NCBI RefSeq assembly: GCF_010671925.1
Contig: NZ_JAAHIH010000001.1
Coordinates: 741,053-805,052, forward strand
Direction: 5' to 3'
Source of the DNA: Moorena sp. SIOASIH
Lineage (GTDB): Bacteria > Cyanobacteriota > Cyanobacteriia > Cyanobacteriales > Coleofasciculaceae
DNA: 64,000 nucleotides
A program made the position numbers and the translations under genes. The notes under the pieces were generated by a model. The model saw nothing but the letters and a program-made list of their open reading frames with translations, had not been told where the DNA came from and did no database searches. Positions 12,318 through 24,278 of the stretch are shown here, one piece after another (the first letter of the stretch is position 1; every line of letters starts with the position of its first letter).

Positions 12318-13262
12318 TTAAGTCTTAGCGGATTTTTCGTGGGGCAGTGTAATTCCTAGACGTCGTTGCAGAGCTTCAATCACTTCTTCAGCCGACTTTT
12401 GACCAAAGTTTTTGATTTCTAGGAGGTCTTCCTGACTATAATCGAGCAAATCGGATACAGAATTTATCTGTGCTCGTTTCAGGCAGTTGTAAGCCCGAAC
12501 CGAGAGTTGCAATTCTTCGATCGGGATTTGGCTGGTCGGATCGTCATCATCACCATAGTCATCTTTAATAGATTCGAGATTAATATCCTTGAGAGGATTG
12601 AACAGATCCACCAGGGTACCAGCCGCTTGAGATAGAGCTTCTTGGGGAGTTATACTACCATTGGTCCAGACCTCTAAAGTTAAGCGATCCTTTTCCAGAG
12701 CACCATCAATGCGAGTATTCTCAACGCTGTAATTTACTTTAGTCACCGGCATGAACACAGAGTCAATCTGGAGGAAATCTACCGCTGTTGATTCATCATG
12801 CCCCCGTTCCACAGAGCGATATCCTGTACCTTTTTCGATGCGGAACTCCATTTCCAGCTTAGCCCCTTCTGCTAAGGTAGCAACATACTGACCTGGAGCA
12901 ATAATTTCCACCTCCGAGGGCAAATCAAACTGAGCAGCTCTCACAGTGGATGGCCCAGTAATCATGACTCGACCTATCTGAGGTTGAGAGGTGTAGCTTT
13001 TGAGGACAACTTCCTTCATATTCAGCATAATTTCCAGGACATCCTCTCTGACTCCCTCAATTGTGGCAAACTCATTGTTTACTCCAGCAATCCGGACAGC
13101 GGTCACTGCTGCCCCTTCTAGGTTGGACAGCAAAACTCGTCTGAGGGCGTTGCCAACCGTTGTGCCTTGACCACGTTCGAGAGGCTCTAGGACAAATCTG
13201 CTATACTGACTTTGGTTCTTCAGTGTTTTGGATTCTACACACTCAATCTGAAACTGCGCCAC
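12318..13262 (-). CDS. rpoA: DNA-directed RNA polymerase alpha subunit.
   Basis: 314 aa. The N-terminal domain and the C-terminal alpha-CTD (LSVRAYNCLKRAQINSVSDLL) are both recognisable. Confidence 0.93.
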   Translation of the reverse strand: MAQFQIECVESKTLKNQSQYSRFVLEPLERGQGTTVGNALRRVLLSNLEGAAVTAVRIAGVNNEFATIEGVREDVLEIMLNMKEVVLKSYTSQPQIGRVMITGPSTVRAAQFDLPSEVEIIAPGQYVATLAEGAKLEMEFRIEKGTGYRSVERGHDESTAVDFLQIDSVFMPVTKVNYSVENTRIDGALEKDRLTLEVWTNGSITPQEALSQAAGTLVDLFNPLKDINLESIKDDYGDDDDPTSQIPIEELQLSVRAYNCLKRAQINSVSDLLDYSQEDLLEIKNFGQKSAEEVIEALQRRLGITLPHEKSAKT

Positions 13263-13405
13263 AGAGTGACCTCCCTCTATTCATAAGACCCCTTTAACCG
13301 AATACAGGTTGAAGGGATAGTAAGCCAAAGGGTAAGGAGTTCCTTATGAACCTCCTCCTTTCAAGCTACTTTCCTTTCAACCTAACGGTCGCAAAAAATA
13401 TACTC

Positions 13406-13798
13406 TTATACTCGACGCCGTTTGGGTGGACGGCAGCCGTTATGAGGAATTGGAGTTACATCCCTGATTAGGGTGATTTCCAGTCCGGCTCCTTGCAGGG
13501 CCCGAATAGCGGTTTCTCGACCTGCTCCTGGTCCACTCACCATCACTTCCACCTGACGCATACCTTGGTCTATGGCTCGTCGGGCAGCACTGTCAGCAGC
13601 GGTCTGAGCAGCGAAGGGAGTTCCTTTTTTTGCCCCCTTAAATCCACTAGAGCCAGCTGAAGCCCAAGAGACTACATCCCCTTTGGTGTCAGAAATGGTA
13701 ACGATAGTATTATTGAACGTAGACTGGATGTATGCTATTCCATTGGGTACATTGCGTTTCTGCTTTTTTGTACCACCTTTTTTAGTTGGTCGCGCCAT
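13406..13798 (-). CDS. rpsK: 30S ribosomal protein S11.
   Basis: Translation contains [16 protein letters not shown]...[16 protein letters not shown]. Confidence 0.93.
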   Translation of the reverse strand: MARPTKKGGTKKQKRNVPNGIAYIQSTFNNTIVTISDTKGDVVSWASAGSSGFKGAKKGTPFAAQTAADSAARRAIDQGMRQVEVMVSGPGAGRETAIRALQGAGLEITLIRDVTPIPHNGCRPPKRRRV

Positions 13799-13970
13799 GT
13801 CACTTGACTTTACTCTATAGGTGATTGATTATCTTGGGGTTGAGTAACCTGAACAATTTTGTCGAAAGTCTTTTCTCGAAAGTGACTAACAGAAGGTCTC
13901 CTGGCAGTTACTTTTGATGAATGACCAATGACAACAAAGCTGTGGTGGATAGTTGGGCTGACTAGAGCTA

Positions 13971-14354
13971 TTACTTCTTAGCCGGTGCTTTTTTCTTTCC
14001 AGCGATAGTCACTCGTCTACCGCGACGGGTACGGGCATTAGTGCGGGTTCGCTGTCCTCTCACGGGCAGTCCCATGCGATGACGACGTCCGCGATAGGTA
14101 CCAATATCTACTAGGCGCTTGATGTTCATTGACTGCCAGCGCCTTAAATCCCCTTCCACCTGATAATTTTTTTCGACAGCTGCTCTGAGGGCAGCCACCT
14201 CAGCATCGGTCAAATCCTTAACCCTCGTATCTGGGTTAACTCCTGTTGCTGCTAAAATGTCTTTAGACCGCGACAGACCGATTCCATAAATGTAGGTCAG
14301 ACCTATTTCTACACGTTTATCGCGAGGTAGGTCTACACTGGCAATCCGAGCCAC
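13971..14354 (-). CDS. rpsM: 30S ribosomal protein S13.
   Basis: Translation begins [26 protein letters not shown]. Confidence 0.93.
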   Translation of the reverse strand: MARIASVDLPRDKRVEIGLTYIYGIGLSRSKDILAATGVNPDTRVKDLTDAEVAALRAAVEKNYQVEGDLRRWQSMNIKRLVDIGTYRGRRHRMGLPVRGQRTRTNARTRRGRRVTIAGKKKAPAKK

Positions 14355-14425
14355 GCTTGGTTCTCCCTTGACTGAAGTTTTGTGCTACAAATTAAATGTA
14401 TGGATTAAGTGTATGGATTTGAGAT

Positions 14426-14539
14426 TTATCCCTGACGCTGTTTGTGCTTGGGATTGGGGCAAATTACCATAACTCGACCGTGGCGTCGAATTACGCGGCA
14501 CTTCTCACACATTTTTCGGACAGATGGTCTAACTTTCAT
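14426..14539 (-). CDS. rpmJ: 50S ribosomal protein L36 (37 aa). It is absent from the ORF track because of its size.
   Basis: Hand translation of the minus strand gives [37 protein letters not shown] followed by a stop, in the expected position between rpsM and infA. Confidence 0.85.
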   Translation of the reverse strand: MKVRPSVRKMCEKCRVIRRHGRVMVICPNPKHKQRQG

Positions 14540-14641
14540 GTCTTTTTTTTTTGCACAGAATGCAGTTGGTTATTATATCTTTTTTTTTGTTGACTTGTCA
14601 AATTTAACTTATTTTTAATAAAACAGAAGTCGCTGCTAGTT

Positions 14642-14866
14642 TTACTTCTTACGCAGGCGGTAGGTAATCCTACCCTTGGTTAAATCGTAGGGGGTTAGTT
14701 CAACTTTGACCCGGTCTCCAGGCAGAATTTTGATGTAATTCCGACGGATTTTACCGGAAATATGAGCTAGGACATTAAAGCCATTGTCCAAGTCAACCCG
14801 GAACATGGCATTCGGCAGGGATTCGGTCACCGTGCCTTCCATTTCAATTAAGTCTTGTTTAGCCAA
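14642..14866 (-). CDS. infA: Translation initiation factor IF-1.
   Basis: Translation contains [24 protein letters not shown]...[11 protein letters not shown]. Confidence 0.93.
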   Translation of the reverse strand: MAKQDLIEMEGTVTESLPNAMFRVDLDNGFNVLAHISGKIRRNYIKILPGDRVKVELTPYDLTKGRITYRLRKK

Positions 14867-15185
14867 AGTGTTTTAACCTCAATACAACTATCCCCCTAGG
14901 TTCTAAATTTTGATTATTTAATTCAGGGAGTCTTAACATATTTTATCAAATCCCAAATTATACCAACTAAATGACTTTGCCACCAAATTTGGAGTAGCGG
15001 GGTGAGGGAAGCATTTTTCCCGTGGGCTAGCTCAAGGCATAGGTGACACCGGTCGAACCATTAAACCATTAGTCTAAGTATTAAGCTAATGGTATTAGGT
15101 AGCTACAAGAGGGTCAGATGATAGCTTCCATGGCGCAGGCAGGGGGGTTTCCGACTGTCTGCTGAACCGGCTTAGCCTCAAACCA

Positions 15186-15749
15186 TTAGCCTAGAACCTG
15201 TTTAATCGACTCTGTGACTTCCTCTAAGGAGAGATCACCATTAATAGATTTTAAAGCTGAGTGTTCTCGGTAAAACTCCACCAAAGGAGCTGTTTGATGG
15301 TTATAGACCTCAAGACGTGTGCGGATAGTTTCCTCATTATCATCTGTACGTCCCTCCTTACGGCCCCTTTCCAATAGTCTGTCGATCAAAACCTGATCTG
15401 GAACTTCCAGGTTGATGGCACCATCCAAAGTTTGGTCAAGCTCCTGCAACAGGTCATTCAAGAAATGGGCTTGGCTGACGTTACGGGGAAAACCGTCTAA
15501 TATCCAACCCTTTTGAGCATCGGGTTGATTTAGGCGATCGCGGATCAGATCTATGAGCAACTCGTCAGGCACCAATTCTCCTTTATCCATATAGGACTGA
15601 GCTTTTTGACCCAGGAGGGTTTGAGCACTTACAGCCCCTCGCAAAATTTCCCCGGTTGAAATGTGAGGAATCCCTAGTTGTTCAGCCACAATTTTGGCTT
15701 GAGTTCCTTTACCTGCTCCTGGAGGTCCTAAAAAGATTAATCTTTTCAT
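15186..15749 (-). CDS. adk: Adenylate kinase.
   Basis: P-loop [15 protein letters not shown]. Length is 187 aa. Confidence 0.92.
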   Translation of the reverse strand: MKRLIFLGPPGAGKGTQAKIVAEQLGIPHISTGEILRGAVSAQTLLGQKAQSYMDKGELVPDELLIDLIRDRLNQPDAQKGWILDGFPRNVSQAHFLNDLLQELDQTLDGAINLEVPDQVLIDRLLERGRKEGRTDDNEETIRTRLEVYNHQTAPLVEFYREHSALKSINGDLSLEEVTESIKQVLG

Positions 15750-15873
15750 GTGTCATGTGTCATGGGTGATGTGTCAGTTGGTTTTTGTCCTAGGCAATGA
15801 ACAAAAACCAACTGACCCGAAAATTTGAGGCTCATCCACCGAAAAAAGCTGCTGCTTCCAAAGCCCAATCATT

Positions 15874-17214
15874 TTACTGCTTGACCATACCTTCGTAACG
15901 CTGGGAAATCACGTAGGTTTGAATTTGCTTGGCTGTATCGATGGCAACCCCGACCAAAATCAGCAAAGATGTGGCACCTAATCCCCTAAATGTGGTTACA
16001 CCAGTGGCGCTTTCGACTGCAGTTGGTACTACAGCTACCAGTCCTAGGAAAATTGCTCCTAATAAGGTCAGTCGGTTCAAAACTCTCTCTATATATTCAC
16101 TCGTAGCCCTTCCTGGTCGAATACCAGGGATACTTGCCCCCATTTTCTTCAAATTCTGGGACATATCTACTGGGTTGATAATCAGGGAGGCGTAGAAGTA
16201 GCTAAAGAACAAAATCAACACTAAATAGACAGCAACATAGACCCAAGGAGTTTGACCATTGGGGTTGAGATAATTGGCAATCTGAATTAGGACTTGATTG
16301 ATTGGGCCTAACAATCCATTGCTATTTTCGCCACTAGTTATGCCAGCTAGAGATGTCGGTAGGATTAAGACGGCTGAAGCAAAGATAATTGGCATCACGC
16401 CACCTTGGTTTAGCCTTAGGGGCAAATAATTTTTCCGCTCCCGGTAAAGGCGCTTACCAACTTGACGTCTGGCAGTAATAATCGGAATGCGTCGGCTGCC
16501 TTCTTGCACAAAGACAATACCGACAATCATGACTAGGAAAACTAACAGCAGCACAATTACCTTACCCACCGTTTCTCTACCACCGGTCTGAGCCAGTTCA
16601 ATGGTTTGACCCAAGGTGCGGGGCAAAACAGCAACAATATTGACAAAAATCAACAGTGAAGCTCCGTTACCAATGCCTCGTTCGGTAATTAACTCTGATA
16701 GCCACATCACGAACATAGAGCCAGCCGTGAGGGCAAGGACAGTTTCAAACACGAAGAATGCGCCTGGTTCAACAGCAAAGCGCTGTGCCCACAAGGATAA
16801 GCCAATACTTTGAATCACAGACCAGCCTAGGGCAACATAACGGGTAATCTGACCGATTTTTCGACGCCCTGCTTCACCTTCATTTTTCTGCAAATTTTCT
16901 AAAGCAGGAATTGCTGCGGTTAGCAGTTGTAGGATAATCGAAGCATTAATATAAGGCAAAATTCCCAAGGCAAAAATCCCTAGGGCGGAAAAACCACCAC
17001 CAGAGAAAAAGTCTAAAAGACCGACAAACGGGCTATTCTGCAGTTCTGCTGAAAATCTGGCTCGATCAATTCCTGGTACAGGAAGAAAGACACCCAAGCG
17101 GGCTAAAATTAACAAACCAACGGTAACAAGCAGCCGACCTCTAAGGCCAGCCGCTTGAGCCATTTGCATAAACGTCTCTTGAGCAGTTGGGGCTTTGTCT
17201 CGACTGACTGTCAT
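15874..17214 (-). CDS. secY: Preprotein translocase subunit SecY.
   Basis: 446-aa polytopic membrane protein lying between rplO and adk, the conserved SecY position. Confidence 0.92.
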   Translation of the reverse strand: MTVSRDKAPTAQETFMQMAQAAGLRGRLLVTVGLLILARLGVFLPVPGIDRARFSAELQNSPFVGLLDFFSGGGFSALGIFALGILPYINASIILQLLTAAIPALENLQKNEGEAGRRKIGQITRYVALGWSVIQSIGLSLWAQRFAVEPGAFFVFETVLALTAGSMFVMWLSELITERGIGNGASLLIFVNIVAVLPRTLGQTIELAQTGGRETVGKVIVLLLVFLVMIVGIVFVQEGSRRIPIITARRQVGKRLYRERKNYLPLRLNQGGVMPIIFASAVLILPTSLAGITSGENSNGLLGPINQVLIQIANYLNPNGQTPWVYVAVYLVLILFFSYFYASLIINPVDMSQNLKKMGASIPGIRPGRATSEYIERVLNRLTLLGAIFLGLVAVVPTAVESATGVTTFRGLGATSLLILVGVAIDTAKQIQTYVISQRYEGMVKQ

Positions 17215-17258
17215 TTAAGGTACCTCTTGAAGATACAGGAGCATAAGGGCTAAAGGGG

Positions 17259-17708
17259 TTACTTAGCTATAACTTCCCAGCTGCCACCAGCCGCCTCGAT
17301 TTTTTGGCGGGCACCACTTGTAAAGGCAGCAGCTTTTATATTGAGTGGCACATTCAGCTCCCCATCACCGAGTAGTTTCAATGGACCATCATTGGTGGTG
17401 ACTAAACCTGTCTCCAACAATGATTCCAAAGTTACCTCAGTATTGGCGGGAAGTGATGCCAACTTACCTACGTTGATTGTAGTGTAATGTTTGGGGTTAA
17501 TGACCGTAAAGTGTTTTAACTTGGGTATACGGCGATATAAGGGCATCTGACCCCCTTCAAAACCAGGTCTTGTCCCTCGACCTGAACGGGATTTTTGACC
17601 ACGCATTCCAAAACCGCAGCTAGCCCCTTGACCAGCAGCAATGCCACGACCTACACGGCGTCGGCGCTTTTTGGAGCCTTGTTTGGGGACTGCATCATTG
17701 ATTCTCAT
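17259..17708 (-). CDS. rplO: 50S ribosomal protein L15. The start is trimmed to MRINDAV; the ORF-track start at 17777 is probably an artefactual extension.
   Basis: Translation contains [28 protein letters not shown]. Confidence 0.88.
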   Translation of the reverse strand: MRINDAVPKQGSKKRRRRVGRGIAAGQGASCGFGMRGQKSRSGRGTRPGFEGGQMPLYRRIPKLKHFTVINPKHYTTINVGKLASLPANTEVTLESLLETGLVTTNDGPLKLLGDGELNVPLNIKAAAFTSGARQKIEAAGGSWEVIAK

Positions 17709-17810
17709 CGTTTTTTGTAAGGATAAAAATGTTTTTTTTTGATTGACGGCTGACGCTAAACCGTCAACCTTGAGCATATTACTTTTATTTCTACCTACCT
17801 GGTTTTTAAT

Positions 17811-18332
17811 TTATGCATAGATTTGTTCAAGGGGAATGTCCCGTTCTTGAGCCACCTCTGAAAATGTGCGCAGGGAATCAAGAGAGTTGATTGCTGCTCT
17901 AGCATTATTGAGGGGGTTATTGGAACCAAGCTGTTTAGCTAAGACATTTTTAACTCCAGCTAACTCAAGTACTGTACGGACAGCACCACCAGCAATCACC
18001 CCAGTTCCGGGAGCAGCAGGTCGCATGATCACTTTGGCTCCCACCGCCCTACCTCTAGAGGGGTGAGGAATGGAATTAGTTTTGGTTAAGGGTACATCAA
18101 TGAGTTGCTTTTTGGCATCAGCAACTCCTTTACGGACAGCACCAATTACATCACTGGCTTTGCCTACACCAACTCCCACTTGACCTTTTTCATTCCCTAC
18201 AACTACGATGGCGCGGAAGCTCAATTTTTTGCCCCCTTTGACCACCTTACTAACGCGGCGGATTTGGATAACCCGCTCTTGCCAATTACTTTCTTTTTCT
18301 TTAGAGCGGTTGCTTTTTCTCCGATTTGCCAT
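17811..18332 (-). CDS. rpsE: 30S ribosomal protein S5.
   Basis: Translation contains [22 protein letters not shown]. Confidence 0.93.
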   Translation of the reverse strand: MANRRKSNRSKEKESNWQERVIQIRRVSKVVKGGKKLSFRAIVVVGNEKGQVGVGVGKASDVIGAVRKGVADAKKQLIDVPLTKTNSIPHPSRGRAVGAKVIMRPAAPGTGVIAGGAVRTVLELAGVKNVLAKQLGSNNPLNNARAAINSLDSLRTFSEVAQERDIPLEQIYA

Positions 18333-18447
18333 AGTTCGCTATAGATTAAATCATGAATGATAGTAAGTAATCAAAGATTAGCTAATTTATCGCTGCTAAT
18401 TCTTAACTAATTGCAATTGTCAGTTTTCAATTTTTAATTAGCATTTA

Positions 18448-18810
18448 CTAAAAATCTAGCCCTGCTTCACGAGCAGCTTCTGCTAAAGCTTTGACACGAC
18501 CATGATATAGGTAGCCCCCACGGTCAAAGACCACTTTCTTGAGACCTTTTTCTAGTGCTCGCTGGGCCACCAACTGACCCACTTTAGCTGAGGCTTCACA
18601 AGTGGCTCCAGATTTGAGTTCAGATCTCAGAGCTGGTTCTAACGTTGAAGCTGCCACTATGGTATGTTGCTGATTGTCATCGATAACTTGCACATAAATG
18701 TGCTCATTAGAGCGAAATACAGCTAATCTTGGGCGTTCAGCAGTACCACTGACTTTCCGGCGTACCCGCCTATGTCTGTGTCGTATAGATTCTTTTCGAG
18801 TAAGTTTCAT
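18448..18810 (-). CDS. rplR: 50S ribosomal protein L18.
   Basis: Translation contains [18 protein letters not shown]. Confidence 0.92.
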   Translation of the reverse strand: MKLTRKESIRHRHRRVRRKVSGTAERPRLAVFRSNEHIYVQVIDDNQQHTIVAASTLEPALRSELKSGATCEASAKVGQLVAQRALEKGLKKVVFDRGGYLYHGRVKALAEAAREAGLDF

Positions 18811-18813
18811 AGT

Positions 18814-19353
18814 TTACTTCTTACCTGCTTTACCAGCTTTACGTCTGACTATTTCACCGGCATATCGAATGCCTTTACCTTTATAGACTTCTGGGGGTCG
18901 AACTGCACGAATTTTTGCAGCTGTGTTGCCTACAACTTCTTTGTTGATGCCACTGACAATCACGTTGGTGTTGTTTTCAACTTTGACTTCAATCCCCTCA
19001 GGAGGAACGATCTCCACTGGCTGGCTGTAACCAACGTTTAAAATTAGATTTCGACCTTTCACTTGAGCTCGATAACCGACTCCCTGAATATCCAAACGTT
19101 TTTCAAACCCTTTGGAGACTCCCTCAATCATGTTGGCAACGAGAGTGCGAGACAAACCATGACTTTCACGGGCGGTTCGGGTTTCTTCGCGCCGGGAAAC
19201 CTGTACAGTTTCATCGACTTGCTCAGCTTTAATTGTATCTGGCAAAACCCACTCCAGTTCACCTTTGGAACCTTTGACCTTAACCTGTTGACCGTCTATT
19301 GTTACAGTAACTTTACTGGGAATTGGTATAGGGCGCTTGCCAATACGTGACAT
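18814..19353 (-). CDS. rplF: 50S ribosomal protein L6.
   Basis: Translation begins [28 protein letters not shown]. Confidence 0.93.
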   Translation of the reverse strand: MSRIGKRPIPIPSKVTVTIDGQQVKVKGSKGELEWVLPDTIKAEQVDETVQVSRREETRTARESHGLSRTLVANMIEGVSKGFEKRLDIQGVGYRAQVKGRNLILNVGYSQPVEIVPPEGIEVKVENNTNVIVSGINKEVVGNTAAKIRAVRPPEVYKGKGIRYAGEIVRRKAGKAGKK

Positions 19354-19624
19354 AAAATAATCCTCCTAACTAAAGAAGTATGAACTATGAAGTATGAAGT
19401 ATGAAGTATGAAGTATGAACCATGTCATGAATTGGTTAATCAGCTAATCCGATCAATCCTAGGTTGTTATCGGACCGTTGGGTATACACTAAGCTGGTAA
19501 TTGCTCTAACTAAGGCTCTAAGCTACAGGGGCTTTCAGCTGATAGCTGGCAAGCCTAGATTTTTAAGTAGCGCGTCAGCTGACGGCTCTTAGTATATCCT
19601 TCATCCTTCATGCTTCATCGTTGT

Positions 19625-20026
19625 TTACCATACGTAACACAGAACTTCACCACCAATTCCCCGACGCCTTGCTTCCCGGTCGGTCATGATGCCATTAGAA
19701 GTAGAGATAATAGCAATGCCAATCCCTCCTAAGACTCTTGGCAGTTCTTTACGGTTGGAGTAAACTCGCAATCCCGGTTTACTCACCCGCTTCAGGGCTC
19801 TGATAATTGGTTTGCGATTGTTGCCCTTGTATTTTAGGGAAACAACTAAGTATCTTTTGACCCCTTCGCCTGCTTCCTCAAAATCAGTAATAAAGCCTTC
19901 TTCTTTGAGTACTTGGGCAATCGCCCGGGTCATTTTAGTTGATTGTACATTTGTTGTTTGATGCCGAACCAAGCAGGCATTTCTAATGCGGGTCAGCATA
20001 TCTGCAATTGTGTCGTTTGCCGGCAT
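19625..20026 (-). CDS. rpsH: 30S ribosomal protein S8.
   Basis: Translation contains [13 protein letters not shown]. Confidence 0.93.
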   Translation of the reverse strand: MPANDTIADMLTRIRNACLVRHQTTNVQSTKMTRAIAQVLKEEGFITDFEEAGEGVKRYLVVSLKYKGNNRKPIIRALKRVSKPGLRVYSNRKELPRVLGGIGIAIISTSNGIMTDREARRRGIGGEVLCYVW

Positions 20027-20049
20027 TGTTCCTTCCTATGATTACAGGC

Positions 20050-20595
20050 TTATTTCTCCCGGAAAGGCATTCCCATCTCTTTGAGTAAGGCGCGACCTTC
20101 TTCGTCAGTGTTGGCAGTGGTGACTATGGTAATATCCATACCACGAATCTGATCGATGCTGTCGTAGTCTACTTCTGGAAAAATGAGTTGCTCTCGCACC
20201 CCAAGAGTGTAGTTACCACGACCGTCAAAGCTTCTAGGGCTAAGACCCCGAAAGTCCCGAATTCTTGGTAGGGCTAAGTTAATTAGCCGCTCTAGAAAGG
20301 AGTACATACGCTCTGAACGGAGGGTAACCGTGACACCAACAGGCATTCCAGCACGGATTTTAAAACCCGCGATCGCTTGTTTTGCTCGTGTGACCACCGG
20401 TTTTTGACCGGTGATGATCGCAATTTCGCTTACCGACGATTCCAGAGCCTTGGCATTTTGAGATGCCTCTCCTAATCCTCGGTTAAGACTAACTTTGACT
20501 AATTTCGGTACTTGATGAATGTTTTTGTAACCGAATTGCTCTTTTAATTTGGGGACTATTGTTTCCTGGTATAGGATTTTTAACCCTTTTGTCAT
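20050..20595 (-). CDS. rplE: 50S ribosomal protein L5.
   Basis: Translation contains [22 protein letters not shown]. Confidence 0.93.
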   Translation of the reverse strand: MTKGLKILYQETIVPKLKEQFGYKNIHQVPKLVKVSLNRGLGEASQNAKALESSVSEIAIITGQKPVVTRAKQAIAGFKIRAGMPVGVTVTLRSERMYSFLERLINLALPRIRDFRGLSPRSFDGRGNYTLGVREQLIFPEVDYDSIDQIRGMDITIVTTANTDEEGRALLKEMGMPFREK

Positions 20596-20747
20596 AGTTT
20601 TTTTCCTTTGATTTCCCTGGGCTTGGTCAGGGCAATTGTCATTAGTTATTAGTCATTGGTGCTCATTAGCCATTAGTAACTGCCAAGAGTAATTTTTTTG
20701 TTACTTTTTTGATTACTGAGGACTAAGGATTAAGGACTAGGGACTAA

Positions 20748-21110
20748 TTAGTCAATAATCTCACCAGTTTTTTTGAGCATCCGCACCTTACGACCCTCAT
20801 CGGTAAAGGTATAGCAGATGCGGCTGGCAATTTTTTCTTTATTCGAGTAAAGCATAACGTTGGAGCTATGGATTGGAGCTTCAAACGTAGCAATTTGACC
20901 TTTCTCACCTTCCTGTTGAGGCTTGACATGCTTAGTTTTGACGTTAACTCCTTTGACTACTACCTTGCTAATTTTGGGTAGCGTCCGCAAGATTTCTCCA
21001 ATTTTGCCTTTATCTCGACCGGCAATCACTTGTACCGTGTCGCCCTTTTTAACGTGCATTTTGTAGCGTAATGGGGTATCTTTTTGTGCCTTCTTGCGTT
21101 TACTTGCCAT
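20748..21110 (-). CDS. rplX: 50S ribosomal protein L24.
   Basis: Translation contains [23 protein letters not shown]. There is a 1-nt ATGA overlap with rplN. Confidence 0.9.
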   Translation of the reverse strand: MASKRKKAQKDTPLRYKMHVKKGDTVQVIAGRDKGKIGEILRTLPKISKVVVKGVNVKTKHVKPQQEGEKGQIATFEAPIHSSNVMLYSNKEKIASRICYTFTDEGRKVRMLKKTGEIID

Positions 21111-21478
21111 CAGAGCACCTCCGGAGCAAGGGATATAATTTTTGTGAAGTTTTTCTCTCGCAGTTCCCGCGCTACAGGACCAAAAACCCGGGTACCTCTG
21201 GGATTGCCATCTGCGTTTATGATTACTGCTGCGTTGTCATCAAAGCGAATACTCATACCGCTTTCCCGACGTAGGCCCTTGCGGGTGCGCACAATCACAG
21301 CCCTAACTACATCTGACTTTTTGACCCCCATATTTGGAATGGCATCTTTGACCACACCAATAATTACATCACCCACACCACCGTAGCGCCGATTTCCAGC
21401 ACCAATAACGCGGATGCACATTATTTTTCTGGCTCCACTGTTGTCAGCAACATTTAGGTAGCTCTCTTGTTGAATCAT
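21110..21478 (-). CDS. rplN: 50S ribosomal protein L14.
   Basis: Translation begins [24 protein letters not shown]. Confidence 0.94.
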   Translation of the reverse strand: MIQQESYLNVADNSGARKIMCIRVIGAGNRRYGGVGDVIIGVVKDAIPNMGVKKSDVVRAVIVRTRKGLRRESGMSIRFDDNAAVIINADGNPRGTRVFGPVARELREKNFTKIISLAPEVL

Positions 21479-21629
21479 CAGTGTTCCTCCTCTAATAGAG
21501 TAATCAGTTATGAGTTAAACGAGTTATGAGTTAAATATTCCTAAGTTTCCAATTCCGAAAGGATTTTCTTCGGAGAGCTCACGCACATTGGTAGGTCGTG
21601 GAAAACCCACATCGACTAAGGTTAACTCG

Positions 21630-21878
21630 CTATTTTGAGGAACTACTGACGATTTCAGCAACCATCCAGCGTTTGGTACGACTCAGTGGTCGTGTTTCTC
21701 TAATCCGAACGCGATCGCCTTCTTTACATTTATTTTCCTCATCATGAGCTTTGTATCGCTTGGTACGCACAACAATTTTGCCGTACTTTGGGTGGGGAGA
21801 CCTATTTTCAATAGCCACCACCACAGTTTTGTCCATTTTGTCGCTGACCACCAGGCCAACTCTCTCTTTTGCTGCCAT
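21630..21878 (-). CDS. rpsQ: 30S ribosomal protein S17.
   Basis: Translation contains [17 protein letters not shown]. Confidence 0.92.
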   Translation of the reverse strand: MAAKERVGLVVSDKMDKTVVVAIENRSPHPKYGKIVVRTKRYKAHDEENKCKEGDRVRIRETRPLSRTKRWMVAEIVSSSSK

Positions 21879-21886
21879 AATCTTTC

Positions 21887-22171
21887 CTATTCGTCTGATT
21901 CTGATTGTGGGGTATCACTTTGTTCTGATTGTGGGGTATCACTTTGTGAGGTATCTGTTGATTCTTTTTGTTTAGCGAGTTGGCGTTCTCGTTCTACTGT
22001 CATTAGCTGAGCGATTCGGTGCTTAAGATGCTTAAACTGGTGAGGTTTTTCTAAGCGTTTGGTTGCCTTTTGCAGGCGCAAGTCAAACAACTGACGCTTA
22101 GCTGCTAAAATTTCCTGCTCTAGTTCGGCATCGCTCAGGCTTCTAGCATCTTCTATCTTGGGCAGAGCCAT
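21887..22171 (-). CDS. rpmC: 50S ribosomal protein L29 with a C-terminal acidic extension created by a 24-nt tandem duplication.
   Basis: The L29 core is [22 protein letters not shown]. The tail ...[20 protein letters not shown] is encoded by the direct repeat ttctgattgtggggtatcactttg x2 at 21896-21943. Confidence 0.85.
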   Translation of the reverse strand: MALPKIEDARSLSDAELEQEILAAKRQLFDLRLQKATKRLEKPHQFKHLKHRIAQLMTVERERQLAKQKESTDTSQSDTPQSEQSDTPQSESDE

Positions 22172-22174
22172 AGC

Positions 22175-22594
22175 TTATACCTTTTCCCCTTCACGAGAAA
22201 TGAACTTCAATTTAATGGGAAATTTGTTAGCAGCCAGACGCATGGCTTCTCGAGCCACCTCTTCGCTTACCCCAGCGATTTCATAGATAATCCGACCGGG
22301 TTTAACTACTGCTACCCAAAACTCTGGGGAACCTTTTCCAGAACCCATACGAGTTTCTGCTGGACGCATGGTGACTGGTTTATCTGGGAAAATTCGAATC
22401 CAGATTTTGCCACCACGACGAACGTAGCGGGTCATTGCCCGACGACCTGCTTCGATTTGGCGGGAGGTAATCCAAGCTGGTTCTGTGGCTTGCAGGGCAT
22501 AATCACCAAAGTTAATGGTACTGCCACGAGTGGCCATACCCTTCATTCTTCCCCGGTGCTGTTTGCGAAATTTTGTTCTTTTTGGACTTAACAT
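22175..22594 (-). CDS. rplP: 50S ribosomal protein L16. The start is trimmed to [15 protein letters not shown].
   Basis: L16 N-terminal signature. The ORF-track start at 22639 adds 15 non-conserved residues. Confidence 0.88.
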   Translation of the reverse strand: MLSPKRTKFRKQHRGRMKGMATRGSTINFGDYALQATEPAWITSRQIEAGRRAMTRYVRRGGKIWIRIFPDKPVTMRPAETRMGSGKGSPEFWVAVVKPGRIIYEIAGVSEEVAREAMRLAANKFPIKLKFISREGEKV

Positions 22595-22679
22595 AATTTG
22601 TTCTTTGTTAATTGAAAATCGAAAACTGAAAACTGACAATTAACAAGCAAGCAATTTTAAAATGACTAGTTACTAATGA

Positions 22680-23405
22680 CTAGTCATTTGACCGGTCTTC
22701 AAACTGCTGGCGGCGTTTTGGCTGACGGCGACGAGGTTGAGCTGTATTAGGGGTAGGCTTTTCTTCTTGACCGGGAATCACTTCCCCTTTGAACACCCAA
22801 ACTTTAATGCCCAAAATTCCATAAATGGTTTGAGCCGTTTTGTAGGAATAGTCAATATTTGCCCGGAGGGTATGGAGGGGAACTCGTCCTTCACGAGTCC
22901 ACTCGGTTCGGGCAATTTCAGCTCCATTTAACCGACCACCTACCTGAACTTTAATGCCTTGGACATCAGCCCGCTGAGCCCGCTGAATTGCTTGACGAAC
23001 CACTCGTCTGAAGGAAACTCGGCGCTCTAGCTGTTGGGCAATGTACTCTGCAATTAGGGTAGCATCTGCATCCACCCGCGATACTTCTACAACGTTGATG
23101 CGAATTTGACGACTGTTGTGCAGGGCTTTTTGCAGACCGACACGCAAAGACTCAATGCCACTGCCACCACGACCAACAACTACCCCAGGTCGAGCTGTAT
23201 GAATTTCTAAATCAATCTGGTCAGCTTTGCGCTCAATCCGGATGTCGGAAATTCCAGCATTATTGAGGTTTTTCTCAACATATTGTCTGATTTGGTAGTC
23301 TTCCTGCAACAGAAGCGGATAACGCTTTGAGTCGGCAAACCAGCGAGAGCGATGCTCTTGCGTGATACCTAGCCGAAAACCAATTGGATGTATTTTCTGT
23401 CCCAC
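22680..23405 (-). CDS. rpsC: 30S ribosomal protein S3.
   Basis: Translation begins [24 protein letters not shown]. Confidence 0.94.
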   Translation of the reverse strand: MGQKIHPIGFRLGITQEHRSRWFADSKRYPLLLQEDYQIRQYVEKNLNNAGISDIRIERKADQIDLEIHTARPGVVVGRGGSGIESLRVGLQKALHNSRQIRINVVEVSRVDADATLIAEYIAQQLERRVSFRRVVRQAIQRAQRADVQGIKVQVGGRLNGAEIARTEWTREGRVPLHTLRANIDYSYKTAQTIYGILGIKVWVFKGEVIPGQEEKPTPNTAQPRRRQPKRRQQFEDRSND

Positions 23406-23481
23406 TGTTCTTTTCTTTCCCTATTATCGAGCCATAGCGGTATTAGTGTTTGCCCTTGGTAATTCTCAATTAACTCACTAA

Positions 23482-23841
23482 CTAATCATCTACTTCTGGA
23501 GAAACAGCCACTGTGATATGACAGGTTGGCTTGCGAATCTGATAAGCACGGCCTTGAGCCCTTGGTCGATATCGCTTCAAGCTTGGTCCCATATCCGCAA
23601 AAGCTTTAGTGATGTATAAGCTAGCCGGGTCAATACCTGAATTGTGTTCAGCATTGGCAACAGCGGAGCGTAGTACTTTCAATACTGGTTGGCAAGCCCG
23701 GTAGGGCATGAATTCCAGAATAATCAGAGCTTCCCGATAGGAACGCCCCCGAATTTGGTCAAGTACTCGCCTGACCTTACTTGGAGACATTCGAATGTAG
23801 CGTGCGATCGCTTTAGTTTCTGCTGTAGTGTCTATCGCCAT
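23482..23841 (-). CDS. rplV: 50S ribosomal protein L22.
   Basis: Translation contains [25 protein letters not shown]. Confidence 0.92.
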   Translation of the reverse strand: MAIDTTAETKAIARYIRMSPSKVRRVLDQIRGRSYREALIILEFMPYRACQPVLKVLRSAVANAEHNSGIDPASLYITKAFADMGPSLKRYRPRAQGRAYQIRKPTCHITVAVSPEVDD

Positions 23842-23891
23842 CGTTCCATCATTTGCTTTCTTTATAGCTACTAACTACTGAACTAATCACT

Positions 23892-24167
23892 TTAACGACG
23901 GGCCTTACCATCCTTAACATGTCCCCGAAATGTTCGAGTCGGGGCAAATTCGCCCAGCTTATGACCTACCATCTGCTCATTGATAAAAACTGGTACATGT
24001 GTCCGCCCGTTATGAACGGCAATGGTGTGACCTACCATCTGCGGCACAATGGTTGAGGCTCTTGACCAGGTTTTAATCACCTGTTTTTGGCCTTTAGCAT
24101 TCAAGGTTTCAATCTTAGTCAGAAGACTATCGGCTATAAAAGGACCTTTTTTTAATGAACGACCCAT
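23892..24167 (-). CDS. rpsS: 30S ribosomal protein S19.
   Basis: Translation begins [16 protein letters not shown] and contains [10 protein letters not shown]. Confidence 0.94.
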   Translation of the reverse strand: MGRSLKKGPFIADSLLTKIETLNAKGQKQVIKTWSRASTIVPQMVGHTIAVHNGRTHVPVFINEQMVGHKLGEFAPTRTFRGHVKDGKARR

Positions 24168-24278
24168 AATTCAACGCTCGTTAGTTTTTAGTTGTTAGTT
24201 GGTAGTTAATAGTTGCTAGTTTGTAGTTAGTAGTTGCTAGTTACAACGTTTAACCTGCTAACTTTAACATTCAACTCC

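Noticed and set aside
17709-17777. N-terminal extensions in the ORF-track calls for rplO, rplP (22595-22639), rplW (25582-25605) and rplC (27010-27117).
   Set aside because: The conserved N-terminal signatures begin at internal Met codons, and the upstream residues are not conserved. The extensions are artefacts of longest-ORF calling.
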